The position numbers were made by a program, and so were the translations under genes. The notes under the pieces are model-generated. The model did not search any database. It worked only from the letters and a program-made list of their open reading frames with translations, and was not told the origin of the DNA. Shown here piece by piece: positions 21,100 through 30,959 of a DNA stretch of 46,864 nucleotides (within the stretch, counting starts at the first letter, position 1; each line of letters opens with the position of its first letter). This DNA is from a candidate division WOR-3 bacterium. GTDB taxonomy: Bacteria > Hydrothermota > UBA3072 > B12-G15. Where the stretch lies: positions 1 to 46,864 of the forward strand of contig CBFGJG010000012.1 in NCBI GenBank assembly GCA_965649055.1. Reading direction: 5' to 3'.

Positions 21100-21198
21100 A
21101 AAAGGGAGGATTTTATGAAAAAGTTTATGTTGGTTATGGTTTTGTTCATTGCACTGGGGATTTTTGCAAAACCTGCGAAGATCTTCATTGTAAATCTT
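21100..21198 (+). repeat. Inverted repeat copy 2 (partner 1..99)
   Basis: 98/99 identity to the reverse complement of 1..99; covers the RBS and first 28 codons. Confidence 0.95.
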
Positions 21199-21807
21199 TA
21201 TGAAGAACCTGTTGATATCAGGCTTGGAGAATCTGGAGATCCTGTTGTTTATAAGTATAATCTGAAATCATATGGTGCAACAAGGATGACTTATACAACA
21301 AAATATGGTGATTACACCCTTTATTTTAAGCTATCAAGCAGCGATGAATGGTATAAGTGGGCAGATGAGAATGGAGATGTCTGGTCCTGTCCTGTAAAAG
21401 CAGATAAGAACTATTGTATCCTTATAGGTAATGATGGATATCTTAATTATTATACATTAACAGAAGATAATAAGAAAGGTCCAAAGGTATGTTTTCTTAA
21501 TGGTTCGGATAAGAGGGTTAAGAGGATGGAGATATCAAAGAACTGGAAGAGTAATGTTCAGGCATACTGTGTAGATTTTAATCCCAATGATATCTCTAAT
21601 TTTGTTACATTTTCAAAAGGTAGTTACAGTATGTTCTGGCAATTTCCATTCCAGGTAGCCGATGATGATTATTACTATAATCCTAATGATGACAGGACAG
21701 GAAAGGAGATATTCAAATTTGTTGATGGTGAATACGACCTTTTCTTAATATACACAAAAGGTGATGCAGAATACGGGGTCCTTTACGAAATAACACCACA
21801 GGATTAA
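21115..21807 (+). CDS. Secreted hypothetical protein, probably two tandem beta-rich domains
   Basis: Classical signal peptide. Internal similarity between KIFIVNL...GDYTLYF and KVCFLNG...GSYSMFW. Tyr/Trp-rich. Confidence 0.75.
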   Translation: MKKFMLVMVLFIALGIFAKPAKIFIVNLYEEPVDIRLGESGDPVVYKYNLKSYGATRMTYTTKYGDYTLYFKLSSSDEWYKWADENGDVWSCPVKADKNYCILIGNDGYLNYYTLTEDNKKGPKVCFLNGSDKRVKRMEISKNWKSNVQAYCVDFNPNDISNFVTFSKGSYSMFWQFPFQVADDDYYYNPNDDRTGKEIFKFVDGEYDLFLIYTKGDAEYGVLYEITPQD

Positions 21808-21812
21808 ATTCT

Positions 21813-22817
21813 TTAAAATAAAGTTATAGAATCTTTTTTATATTTTAGATGTTTATATGCTAATTCGGTAGCCTTTCTTCCACGAGGTGTTCTTTCAAGA
21901 AAGCCTCGCATAACAAGGTAAGGTTCTGAAACCTCTTCTATTGTTTCAGCATCCTCGCCAATTGATGTTGCTAATGTATTCAGTCCAACAGGTCCACCTT
22001 TAAATTTTTCTATGATTGTTTTTAATATTATCTTATCAAGAGGGTCAAGCCCTTCAACATCAACCTCAAGCATATCAAGCCCATAATCTGCTATTTCTTT
22101 TGTTATCTTCCCTTTTCCTTTAACCTCTGCAAAATCCCTGATTCTTCTCAAAAGTCTATTTGCTATCCTTGGTGTTCCCCTGGCCCTTCGTGCAATTTCA
22201 AAAGAAGCATCATCGTCTATCTCTATTTTCAATATTTTAGAGGACCTTTTTATTATCTTCTTTAAGTCCTTTGGTTCATAATAATCAATCCTTGGTGTAT
22301 ATCCAAATCTTGACCTTAATGCAGAAGTAAGAAGTCCTGAACGGGTTGTAGCACCAATCAATGTAAAAGGTTGTAGATTGAGTTTTAAAGCCCTTGCCTG
22401 TGTCCCCGCATCTATAATTAAATCTATTCTGAAGTCTTCCATCGCCTGATAAAGATACTCTTCAACCTGTTTATTTATTCTGTGTATTTCATCTATAAAA
22501 AGGACATCAAAACGTTTTAATTTTGTTAGAACCCCTGCAAGATCTTTCGGCTTTATAAGGACAGGTCCGGATATTGAAATGATATTCACACCGAGTTCCT
22601 TCGCGATGATATTAGCCATTGTGGTTTTCCCTAATCCTGGTGGACCCAAGAAAAGTATATGGTCAAGCGGTTCCTTTCTTTTCTTCGTTGCCTGAATAAA
22701 TACACTCAGATTCTCCTTTATCTTATCTTGATTTATAAATTCATTAAGATATTCTGGTCTTAATCTATTCTCGAAGTCAAGTTCATCAGGAAACCTGTTT
22801 GGAGATGTAAGGTCTAT
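21813..22817 (-). CDS. ruvB: Holliday junction branch-migration ATPase RuvB (extended to a putative ATA start, 334 aa)
   Basis: The frame is open upstream of the track start and encodes LRPEYLNEFINQ...EPLDHILFLGPPGLGKT. No ATG, GTG or TTG occurs before an in-frame TGA at 22847. ATA lies 9 nt after AAAGGAGGT. Confidence 0.92.
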   Translation of the reverse strand: MDLTSPNRFPDELDFENRLRPEYLNEFINQDKIKENLSVFIQATKKRKEPLDHILFLGPPGLGKTTMANIIAKELGVNIISISGPVLIKPKDLAGVLTKLKRFDVLFIDEIHRINKQVEEYLYQAMEDFRIDLIIDAGTQARALKLNLQPFTLIGATTRSGLLTSALRSRFGYTPRIDYYEPKDLKKIIKRSSKILKIEIDDDASFEIARRARGTPRIANRLLRRIRDFAEVKGKGKITKEIADYGLDMLEVDVEGLDPLDKIILKTIIEKFKGGPVGLNTLATSIGEDAETIEEVSEPYLVMRGFLERTPRGRKATELAYKHLKYKKDSITLF

Positions 22818-23359
22818 TGAGATAGAACCTCCTTTATAATATCCTCAATAGACAGATCTTTTTTATCCTTCATTACGATTTTTATTTTTTCTTCCGCTTC
22901 TTTCCTTGAAAATCCAAGTTTTATAAGACCAAGGATTGCTTCTTCTGGAAGTTCTTCTTTTATACTTAACTTCCCTTTCAATTCAAGAACAATCCTCTTT
23001 GCAGTTTTATCGCCAATACCTTTAACAGATAGAAAATAAGAGTGCTCTCCTTTTTTAAGAGCTTCAATCAAAGTATCATAACCAAGCGTTGATAGGATGT
23101 TCATGGCTGATTTTTCTCCAACATTCTGGACAGAGATAAGTGAAAGGAATATCTCCCTTTCCTTCTCATTTTTAAAGCCGTAAAGCTCAAAGCTGTCTTC
23201 TTTAACTGCAAGATATGTGAAGAAGCTGTATTCCCTGCCAAGCTCTATTGAATCTATTGTCTCCTGTGTAAGATAAAGATAAAAACCAACACCATTTACA
23301 TCTATTACTATCCCTTTATCGTCCTTCCTTACAGGATTACCTCTTATGAAATCCAACAT
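22814..23359 (-). CDS. ruvA: Holliday junction branch-migration protein RuvA
   Basis: DVNGVGF, LYGF, HhH motifs VQNVGEKSA and VKGIGDKTAKRI, LGF in the C-terminal domain. Confidence 0.95.
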   Translation of the reverse strand: MLDFIRGNPVRKDDKGIVIDVNGVGFYLYLTQETIDSIELGREYSFFTYLAVKEDSFELYGFKNEKEREIFLSLISVQNVGEKSAMNILSTLGYDTLIEALKKGEHSYFLSVKGIGDKTAKRIVLELKGKLSIKEELPEEAILGLIKLGFSRKEAEEKIKIVMKDKKDLSIEDIIKEVLSQ

Positions 23360-23816
23360 TATTTCTCAATATGTAGCACAGGGCTGATGCAAGTGCATCA
23401 GATGCATCATCAATAATCTCTTTTTTTAAATTCAACATCTTTTTCACTATGTATTTAACATATTCTTTATCTGAATTACCAGAACCTGTAACAGCAATCT
23501 TTATCTCCCTTGGTGAATACTCATAAATTGGAATCTTCATCTCTTTTAATAATAAAATATATGCACCGCGTAGTTCACCAAGATGTATCAGGGTTTTTGT
23601 GTTCTTTCCGTAAAAAAGGCTTTCAATAACTGCAACATCCGGTTTTTCTTTCTTTACAAAGTTTTTCATACTTTTATAGTAATTATAAATCCTCGTTCCA
23701 AGGTCACCTTCTTCAAAATTGAAAGTCTTCCATTTAATTGATTTTATAAAACCATCAAAATCTAATAGTCCAACACCTGTTCTTTTAAGACCCGTATCTA
23801 TACCCAAGACTTTCAA
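23337..23816 (-). CDS. ruvC: Holliday junction resolvase RuvC
   Basis: VLGIDTG, EYSPREIKIAVTGSG, DDASDALASA. Confidence 0.95.
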   Translation of the reverse strand: MKVLGIDTGLKRTGVGLLDFDGFIKSIKWKTFNFEEGDLGTRIYNYYKSMKNFVKKEKPDVAVIESLFYGKNTKTLIHLGELRGAYILLLKEMKIPIYEYSPREIKIAVTGSGNSDKEYVKYIVKKMLNLKKEIIDDASDALASALCYILRNNVGFHKR

Positions 23817-24562
23817 TCCTTTGATGCCTCCATAAGAAGAGAATCAGGTATATCAAAATTAGCATAAACTTCTTGAACATCGTCGTGGGCTTCAAGCTCA
23901 TCAAGAAATTTAAGTAATGTATGTGCCTTTTCACCCTCAAGATGAACATAATTCTGAGGAATTTTCGTAATCTTTGATTCAATTATCTTTACATTATTTT
24001 TAGAGAGAATATCTTTTACTGATTCGAAATTTTTTACATCTGTAGTAATCATAATAGAATCATCTTCTGTCTTTATATCATCAACACCTGCGTCCACAAT
24101 AAGTTCAAATATCTTTTCTTCACCTATTGATTTATCAACATAAATAATTCCCTTGGGAGTGAACATATAAGAAACACAACCTGTTGTTCCAAGTTTACCA
24201 CCATACTTTGTAAATATATGTCTTATTTCAGCAGTGGTCCTGTTTTTGTTATCAGTTGCGGTCTCAACGATAACCGCAACACTACCGGGTCCATAACCTT
24301 CGTAAGTAATTTCCTCAAAAGTCTGCCCGGGAAGTTCGCCGGTTCCTCTTTTAATAGCCCTTTCTATATTCTCATAAGGCATATTATTTTCTCGTGCTAA
24401 TTCAATTGCATGTCTTAACCTTGCATTTGATTCAGGGTCTCCGCCACCTTGCCTTGCTGCAATTGTAAGTTCCCTAATTAATTTAGTAAAAACCTGGCCT
24501 TTTTTTGCATCAGCCTTTGCCTTTTTATGTTTTATTTGTGCCCATTTAGAATGTCCAGACAT
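23813..24562 (-). CDS. yebC: YebC/PmpR family protein
   Basis: MSGHSKWAQIKHKK, YEGYGPG, TDNKNRT, DDVQEVYANF; canonical position upstream of ruvC. Confidence 0.96.
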   Translation of the reverse strand: MSGHSKWAQIKHKKAKADAKKGQVFTKLIRELTIAARQGGGDPESNARLRHAIELARENNMPYENIERAIKRGTGELPGQTFEEITYEGYGPGSVAVIVETATDNKNRTTAEIRHIFTKYGGKLGTTGCVSYMFTPKGIIYVDKSIGEEKIFELIVDAGVDDIKTEDDSIMITTDVKNFESVKDILSKNNVKIIESKITKIPQNYVHLEGEKAHTLLKFLDELEAHDDVQEVYANFDIPDSLLMEASKD

Positions 24563-24617
24563 ACATCCCCCTTTTTACAAGTTTGTTTTCAATATATATT
24601 TTATTTATCATAGAAAA

Positions 24618-24645
24618 ATATTACAATATTTTATTCAAAAGTCAA
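24618..24645 (-). promoter_or_regulatory. Sigma70 promoter for yebC-ruvCAB
   Basis: Minus strand TTGACT (24645-24640), 16-nt spacer, TAATAT (24623-24618). Confidence 0.5.
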
Positions 24646-24785
24646 TACTAATTTTAATTTAAAAAATCAAAACTTTCATTACAGTAGAAGTTATTCTAAA
24701 ATCTATTATTCAGATTTTATTAAATTGAATGTTTTTTATTGACATAAAATATAACCTTATAATAATAATTAAAAAGGGAGGAAAT

Positions 24786-25025
24786 ATGGCAGTTGGAGCT
24801 TATTTGTTGATAAACACAGATACAGGTAAGGAAGAAGAGGTTTTAAAGGCGTTGAAAAGTATTAAAGGTGTTAAGAATGTCCATATAGTAACAGGTCTTC
24901 ATGACCTCATATGCTATGTTGAAGCAGAAGATATAAAGAAAGTAAAAAAGATTATAACTAAGGATATTAGAGGCATAAAGGGAATACAAAAGACAATAAC
25001 CTGTATGTCCCTTGACTTAGATTAA
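24786..25025 (+). CDS. Stand-alone Lrp/AsnC ligand-binding (RAM) domain protein, no HTH
   Basis: Start after GGGAGG RBS; AYLLIN...VHIVTGLHDLICYV...IKGIQKTIT; 79 aa. Confidence 0.85.
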   Translation: MAVGAYLLINTDTGKEEEVLKALKSIKGVKNVHIVTGLHDLICYVEAEDIKKVKKIITKDIRGIKGIQKTITCMSLDLD

Positions 25026-25027
25026 AA

Positions 25028-25876
25028 TTGGAAATATTTAAGTTAAATGATGGTGTAATAGAATATTTGCCTTCAAGATATCTTTCATCTGTTATTCTTA
25101 TAAAAAAGAATAAGAAAATTCTTATTGATCCTGGAAGAAAAATTTTCTTAAACGAAAAAATAGACGAGATATGGCTTACCCATATCCATCCTGACCATTT
25201 CTTTTATCTAAAATATTTCCCAAACATTCCTGTATTTTTACATCCAGAAGGGCTGGATTATATGAAATCTAAAAATCCATATAAAAGTATTATATTAAGA
25301 GAAATAGAAGAAGTTGACAGGATAACAAAGAATATTAAAGGTCCAAGAAAAACAATGATTTTCTTAGTATCAAGGTTTTTCACTTTAATTTTTGGACTCC
25401 CATTCTATAGAAAAGAATCATTTAAAAATGAATTTATACCATTTAAAGATGGTGAAGAAAGATATGGAATAAAAATTTTCTTCACACCAGGACATTCCCC
25501 TGAGAGTGTAAGTTTCTTCTTTGAGGAAGAAAAGATACTAATTTCAGGTGACCTGATTGTTAAAAGAAAACCTTTTTCTGCAAATACTTTAATACCAACA
25601 TCAAGTATTGAAGACTATCTGGGTTCATTTAAAATTCTAAAAAAATTAAACCCCAAAATAATACTTCCAGGGCATGGGAAACCCATCCTTAACGGAATGA
25701 AAAAGATTTACGAAACCATTTATCTAACAGGAAAAGAAATAGAATGTGTTAAAAGAAACTGGAAAAGGAACTTCTATTTAAATTATTTCAACATTCAGAA
25801 GTGTCTGAAGAACAAGAGTATTATGGCAAGGCTTTCATCAATAGTTGTTTATTCTAAACTTATATACAAGAGGTGA
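25028..25876 (+). CDS. Metallo-beta-lactamase-fold hydrolase
   Basis: LIDPG, THIHPDH, TPGHS, SGDL, LPGHG. Confidence 0.9.
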   Translation: MEIFKLNDGVIEYLPSRYLSSVILIKKNKKILIDPGRKIFLNEKIDEIWLTHIHPDHFFYLKYFPNIPVFLHPEGLDYMKSKNPYKSIILREIEEVDRITKNIKGPRKTMIFLVSRFFTLIFGLPFYRKESFKNEFIPFKDGEERYGIKIFFTPGHSPESVSFFFEEEKILISGDLIVKRKPFSANTLIPTSSIEDYLGSFKILKKLNPKIILPGHGKPILNGMKKIYETIYLTGKEIECVKRNWKRNFYLNYFNIQKCLKNKSIMARLSSIVVYSKLIYKR

Positions 25877-25877
25877 T

Positions 25878-27098
25878 ATGCCTGTTATAAAACTTGCTAT
25901 TGTTATAATATTCTTAATAATACTTCTTGCAAGGAAAATAGACCTGTGGATTTCTCTTTTTATCTGTTCTGTTATTACATCTTTTTTCTTCGGCGTAAAA
26001 ATAATTGATTTTTTAAAAGTCTTTCTTTTTACATTGAAGGATTGGTCAACCATTTCTGTTATACTTATAATATTCTTTGTTCTAACTTTGAGTGCTATTC
26101 TCGAATCGGGTGAAAGCCTGGAAATATTAAAAAATAGTGTGAACAGGATTGTAACAAATAAAACATTGCAGCTTGTCCTTCCATCCGCTTTAATAGGGCT
26201 TTTACCGATGCCGGGAGGTGCTTTAATAGGTGCGCCACTTGTAAAAAGCACCGCAAGAGGGACAAACCTTGATGGTGCTAAGTTAACATTCATAAATTAC
26301 TGGTTCAGGCACATCTGGGAATATTTCTGGCCATTATATCCCGGGCTTATTGTAACATCAACATTATGTAAGATTCCGTTAAAAGAACTTTCTAAAAATC
26401 AATTTATGTTTACATTCCTTGCAATTGCAACAGGATTGTTTGTCCTTATAAAATTCAAAATACATTCAGAGAAAACTAAAAGGGATTTAAGATATATTTT
26501 TCCACTATTGTTCAGTCTTTCACCGATTATACTTATTGTTGTCCTTTTTGCCATATTTAAGGTTGATATTGTTCTATCAACATTTATATCCACATTTTTA
26601 ACATTTATGTTTTTTTTTGTAAGAAAAAAAATTGATGTTAAACAGATTTTAAAAGAGGTTAATTATAAAGCAATTATCGTAATCTTCTTTGTCCTCTTCT
26701 TTAAAAACATACTGAATAGTTCTGGTGGTTTAAATGAATTCAGCCTTTCATTATCAAATATTCCTTCTTTCTTAATGATTATACTTTTATTCTATACTAT
26801 TCCTTTGATGATAGGTTTTTTAACAGGTGTAAACCATGCGTATGTTGCTGTTTCCTTTCCTTTGTTCATTCCTTTTCTACAAACCCTTCCTCATCATATA
26901 GTCCTGAATGCAGTTGGTATTGCTTACATAATGGGTTTTGCAGGTGTTCTTCTTTCCCCAACACATCTGTGCCTTGTTTTAACAAAAGAATATTTTGGTG
27001 CAAGACTTGGTGATGTGTATAAATTATTAATGTTTCCTGTTTCTATTATGATTATTGCATCTGGAATGCTGGGATTTATTACCTTTTTCTATTTCTGA
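25878..27098 (+). CDS. DUF401-family polytopic membrane protein (putative transporter)
   Basis: GLLPMPGGALIGAP, NYWFRHIWEYFWPLYPG, LLSPTHLCLVLTKEYF; many hydrophobic segments. ATG 25878 follows GAGGTG. Confidence 0.82.
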   Translation: MPVIKLAIVIIFLIILLARKIDLWISLFICSVITSFFFGVKIIDFLKVFLFTLKDWSTISVILIIFFVLTLSAILESGESLEILKNSVNRIVTNKTLQLVLPSALIGLLPMPGGALIGAPLVKSTARGTNLDGAKLTFINYWFRHIWEYFWPLYPGLIVTSTLCKIPLKELSKNQFMFTFLAIATGLFVLIKFKIHSEKTKRDLRYIFPLLFSLSPIILIVVLFAIFKVDIVLSTFISTFLTFMFFFVRKKIDVKQILKEVNYKAIIVIFFVLFFKNILNSSGGLNEFSLSLSNIPSFLMIILLFYTIPLMIGFLTGVNHAYVAVSFPLFIPFLQTLPHHIVLNAVGIAYIMGFAGVLLSPTHLCLVLTKEYFGARLGDVYKLLMFPVSIMIIASGMLGFITFFYF

Positions 27099-28059
27099 TT
27101 ATAAAAGCAGGTGAAGTATCAGGATATTTCTTAAGAAGAATATCTTCGGATATCTTGTTATCTTCAATTTCCAAATACATTAAATATGGTTCAAGATCAG
27201 TATCTTTAAATTGTAATGTTGTATCAAAAATTAAAGAATAAAACAATTTTGAAAGGTCGTTTTCAGGAATGCCTTCTTCTAAACCTAATAATTTTGAAGA
27301 AATATATTTGATTCCATTTTCATTACCTGACTTTAAAAGTATAAAAAGAACGATTAAATTTTTATTTTTATAATCCATTTTATAAAAACCTTCAGCCCTA
27401 TCAAAATTTCCGAAATAAGAATAAACAAGAGCCTTTTCGTAATCTGATTTTGCAAATATTATAGCACTATCCAGATGCATTTTTCTTAAATAATAAATCA
27501 GCTTCTCATTTCTTATATTTTCTTCCCTTTTAACCTTCACTTTTTCTAAAAGTTCTCCTTTTAAATAATTATCAAGTTTTTCATACTTCACAAGAGAATC
27601 AATGTTACCAAATAATATTAGAAGATTCACTATCTCATCTTTATATTGATTTTCTTTTTCATTCCTTGGTTTTTTTCTTCCAGGGATAAAAAGTTTTTTG
27701 TCCTCTGTTATCTTTATAAATTCAACTAAATTTTTATAAAAATCTTCATCATCCTTCAGGCGAACAATCGAATTAAAAACACCACGGTAGATATACATCT
27801 GTTTTAATGTATCTTTGAAATCTTTCTGAACCTTAAGATATTTAAAAATATTTTTCATCTCTTCTTTAATTTTCCTATTGTCTTTCTTTAATAAAAGGTA
27901 TTCAATGTAGATATCAAATCCCAAAGGTCTTATATTATTATACATTGTTAAGAATTCCTTTTCGCTCCTTTCATCTCTCGTCTTTTTATAAGATAAAAGA
28001 AGATCATTAAGATTTTTTAAATTAAGTTCATTAACTTCAAATATAAACAAAAAAATCAT
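27079..28059 (-). CDS. Hypothetical alpha-helical, TPR-like protein
   Basis: 326-aa ORF overlapping the upstream stop (ATGA). ALVYSYFGNFDRAEGFY and LLKKYPDTSPA are TPR-like. Confidence 0.6.
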   Translation of the reverse strand: MIFLFIFEVNELNLKNLNDLLLSYKKTRDERSEKEFLTMYNNIRPLGFDIYIEYLLLKKDNRKIKEEMKNIFKYLKVQKDFKDTLKQMYIYRGVFNSIVRLKDDEDFYKNLVEFIKITEDKKLFIPGRKKPRNEKENQYKDEIVNLLILFGNIDSLVKYEKLDNYLKGELLEKVKVKREENIRNEKLIYYLRKMHLDSAIIFAKSDYEKALVYSYFGNFDRAEGFYKMDYKNKNLIVLFILLKSGNENGIKYISSKLLGLEEGIPENDLSKLFYSLIFDTTLQFKDTDLEPYLMYLEIEDNKISEDILLKKYPDTSPAFIIRNRKR

Positions 28060-30959
28060 TTTACAATCTCCCAGAAGTATTCTTCAACTTCCTTCCTGTA
28101 TTTTTCAGGTATCTTTTCTTCCCTTAATCTTTTCATCAATAGTTTTTTAAGTAGAAGATTTCTTTCACCCATTTCTTCGGGTAGTTCAATAATCAAAGGT
28201 GGATATTCTTTCCCTGGTTCTGATTTTCTTTTCTTTGAAATTTCCTTTCTTCTTATTGACTTTTCCGCTTCAAGGAATTGTTCTATAATCTTCTCCTGAC
28301 GTTTTAACACTTCTTCATCAATATAATTCTTTTCCATCATATCTGCTATTTTCTCCATTTCATCCTTTAAAGGTTTAAATGCCTCGCCTAATTCTCCTAT
28401 CTTTTTTGCTATTTCTCTTTGTTTTTTAGCAAGCTCACTTAAGGCAGCCCCTCTCTGTGGAGATGGCATTGGTAGAATCATACTCATCTGAGAATTTATT
28501 GATAATTGTTGTTGTTGGAGTTGCATAAGCTGTTGTAGCATTGAACCCGCTGATTGTGTCGGAGGTGAAAAAAGAAGGATAATTGCCTCACCCATTTTTG
28601 CTGTCGCATTATTTAATAAAACATCTGAGACAATATTCCTTGTAATATTTTTTAAATAATCGTCAATTGAATTCCTTGCTTCTATAAGATTTTCAAAGAC
28701 CTTAGGTGAAAAAGATAATGTCAGAATAAAAAGTTTTTGTGATTCATCAATATCCCTATTTATACCTTCTATTATTCCAATATAGGATTTTATTTTTGTA
28801 TTCTTATCACCGATCTTCTGAAAATCATTTATTTTATCTATAATGAAATATATATCTGTTGCAAGCAATACTAACTTTTTCCTAATCTCTTCACCGCCTG
28901 TTAAATCTTCCCTTTTTTTCTTAAGCATATCTATAAGATTATTTAAATCACTCATTATTTTATTTGAAAGCATCTTATCTATTTTATTATTTTTCATTGA
29001 TTCCTTTAATAAATTCATTTTTTCTGTAATATCCATATTTTTCATAACCTCAGCTACTTCTCTTAATTCTTCTATATCGCTCTTTATATTTTTATCAATT
29101 AATGACTCTGTGTTTTTTTGAATATCTCCTTGTTTATCAGATGAATTTGCTTCTGGAAAAGAATCAATTATTGCCTGCTGTTTTTCTTTTATATCTTCAA
29201 GTTCTGCAATCGCCCTGTTTATCTCTGATATCCTTTTTATCATCTCAAGAGATTTTCTTGTGATTTCAAGCATATTGAGCAGTTTTTCCTGTTCTATCTT
29301 CATTTCCATAAGTTCAGAAATATCTTTCGGTGGATTCTCTGTCATTGTCTTCAGTAAATCCATCTTTATTTCATCAAGCAATTCTTTTATCCTGTCTATC
29401 TCTTTCATAACCTCTGGTGAATTTAAGTTCTTTGCAAAATCAATCAAATTCTCAAGATTTTCTATTAGTGATTTTTGTTCTTCAAGAACATTCTTCAATT
29501 CCCTTGTATCTTTTTCTGTTATATTTCCCTTTTCTATCATCTTTTCTATCTTCTCTTTTATTTCTTCCTGCCTTTTTTGTAATTCTCCTGTTTCTTCATC
29601 TATGAAATCAGTCGTTTTACTTATATCTTTAAATAGCTCTTCAAGTGGTGGCATATAAATAATAATTGGATTGGAAATTCCTACCTTTCCACCTACATCT
29701 TTCGCCTTAACATAAAGTATTAATGTATCGTTTGGCAACATATTCTTTAATGTTATCATCATAGAATCCTTAATGTAATTTGAACTAATTTGTTTACTAA
29801 TTATCTCATTTTTGTCTATCTGGATACTATAGGATGAAATTCCTATATCATCTTCAATCTCGAAGGATAATGGAAACATGGATATATCTGTTATTTTTAC
29901 TTCAGAAGTTGGATAAATAATTCTTATAAAAGGTGGATTATCTTTTATAATATTTATCTGGACATTAAAAACTTCAGATTTTATACCATAAGCATCTTCG
30001 AAATGAAACTTTATCAATGTATCCTTATTCCCTCTAAATTCTATATGAAATCTGTCGTCTTTAAAATAATATCCTGTGTTTGCAAACATTTCCTTTATTT
30101 CCCTATTTAACTTTCCATCAATTGTTAAAATTGAACCTTCAACAAAATTTATTCTGTTTACAATAACAGAATCAGTATATTCTGTGTTAAGTCTTACCGG
30201 ATATTTAACCTTTGTAATAGCAGATACTATTTTTAAATCATCAAGGACATTGATAAAGATATACTTTTTGTATCTTCCTGATTTTATTATTAAGGAACAA
30301 GAATTCTGAACGCTATAGATTATTCCAAATCCTTCTTTAATCTTATAAAATTTTAATTTTTTCTTACCATCAATAAGGAACAATTCTCTTAGGTTTGTAT
30401 CTGCTATTAACAAGAATTTTTCGTTCTTTCTTACAAATTCTTTTTTGTATAATATCTCAATATATGGATTTATGACATCTAAATCCTTATAATTTTTATA
30501 AATAAAAAAAATCGGTAATAATAAAATAACAGGGATAAATGGTTTAAAATCTAAGAACCTGAACAAATTATATTTTGATAAAATCTCATTAACATCTTCC
30601 TCTGCTTTTTTATAAAATCTCTCATCATCCTTTTCTGTTCTGAAAGGATAAAACAAAAGGAATAATCTTCCTTGAAGTTCAACTATTCGTTGTTCTATCT
30701 TCTTTATGAGATTTTTTAACCTTGGGTATTTTATAAAGAATAAAGGAATAAAAAAAATAGGTATTATAGAAAGTGTTTTTATCTGGATTCTGTTAAGGAT
30801 AAAGAATTTATTTAAAAAAGAAATCAATGTGAGAATACCAAGATATAATAATAAAAATATTAATAACCTTGAGAGAACAAATATAATTATATTTAAAGAA
30901 TGAATTCTTAAGATTACTCTTCTGATTCTTGAGGAATTTTGAATGTGCAAGGTCCACAC
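28056..30959 (-). CDS. Large membrane-anchored coiled-coil protein, DUF4175-like (start uncertain)
   Basis: N-terminal hydrophobic helices, Ig-like region (DNPPFIRIIYP, IEDDIGI), long Q/E/K coiled coil, C-terminal IPEKYRKEVEEYF. Confidence 0.7.
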   Translation of the reverse strand: MWTLHIQNSSRIRRVILRIHSLNIIIFVLSRLLIFLLLYLGILTLISFLNKFFILNRIQIKTLSIIPIFFIPLFFIKYPRLKNLIKKIEQRIVELQGRLFLLFYPFRTEKDDERFYKKAEEDVNEILSKYNLFRFLDFKPFIPVILLLPIFFIYKNYKDLDVINPYIEILYKKEFVRKNEKFLLIADTNLRELFLIDGKKKLKFYKIKEGFGIIYSVQNSCSLIIKSGRYKKYIFINVLDDLKIVSAITKVKYPVRLNTEYTDSVIVNRINFVEGSILTIDGKLNREIKEMFANTGYYFKDDRFHIEFRGNKDTLIKFHFEDAYGIKSEVFNVQINIIKDNPPFIRIIYPTSEVKITDISMFPLSFEIEDDIGISSYSIQIDKNEIISKQISSNYIKDSMMITLKNMLPNDTLILYVKAKDVGGKVGISNPIIIYMPPLEELFKDISKTTDFIDEETGELQKRQEEIKEKIEKMIEKGNITEKDTRELKNVLEEQKSLIENLENLIDFAKNLNSPEVMKEIDRIKELLDEIKMDLLKTMTENPPKDISELMEMKIEQEKLLNMLEITRKSLEMIKRISEINRAIAELEDIKEKQQAIIDSFPEANSSDKQGDIQKNTESLIDKNIKSDIEELREVAEVMKNMDITEKMNLLKESMKNNKIDKMLSNKIMSDLNNLIDMLKKKREDLTGGEEIRKKLVLLATDIYFIIDKINDFQKIGDKNTKIKSYIGIIEGINRDIDESQKLFILTLSFSPKVFENLIEARNSIDDYLKNITRNIVSDVLLNNATAKMGEAIILLFSPPTQSAGSMLQQLMQLQQQQLSINSQMSMILPMPSPQRGAALSELAKKQREIAKKIGELGEAFKPLKDEMEKIADMMEKNYIDEEVLKRQEKIIEQFLEAEKSIRRKEISKKRKSEPGKEYPPLIIELPEEMGERNLLLKKLLMKRLREEKIPEKYRKEVEEYFWEIVK

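Noticed and set aside
24685..24698. Palindrome TAGAA-GTTA-TTCTA between yebC and the Lrp-domain gene as a LexA or Lrp operator
   Set aside because: Single AT-rich instance that does not match a known box exactly, and the adjacent Lrp-like protein has no DNA-binding domain.
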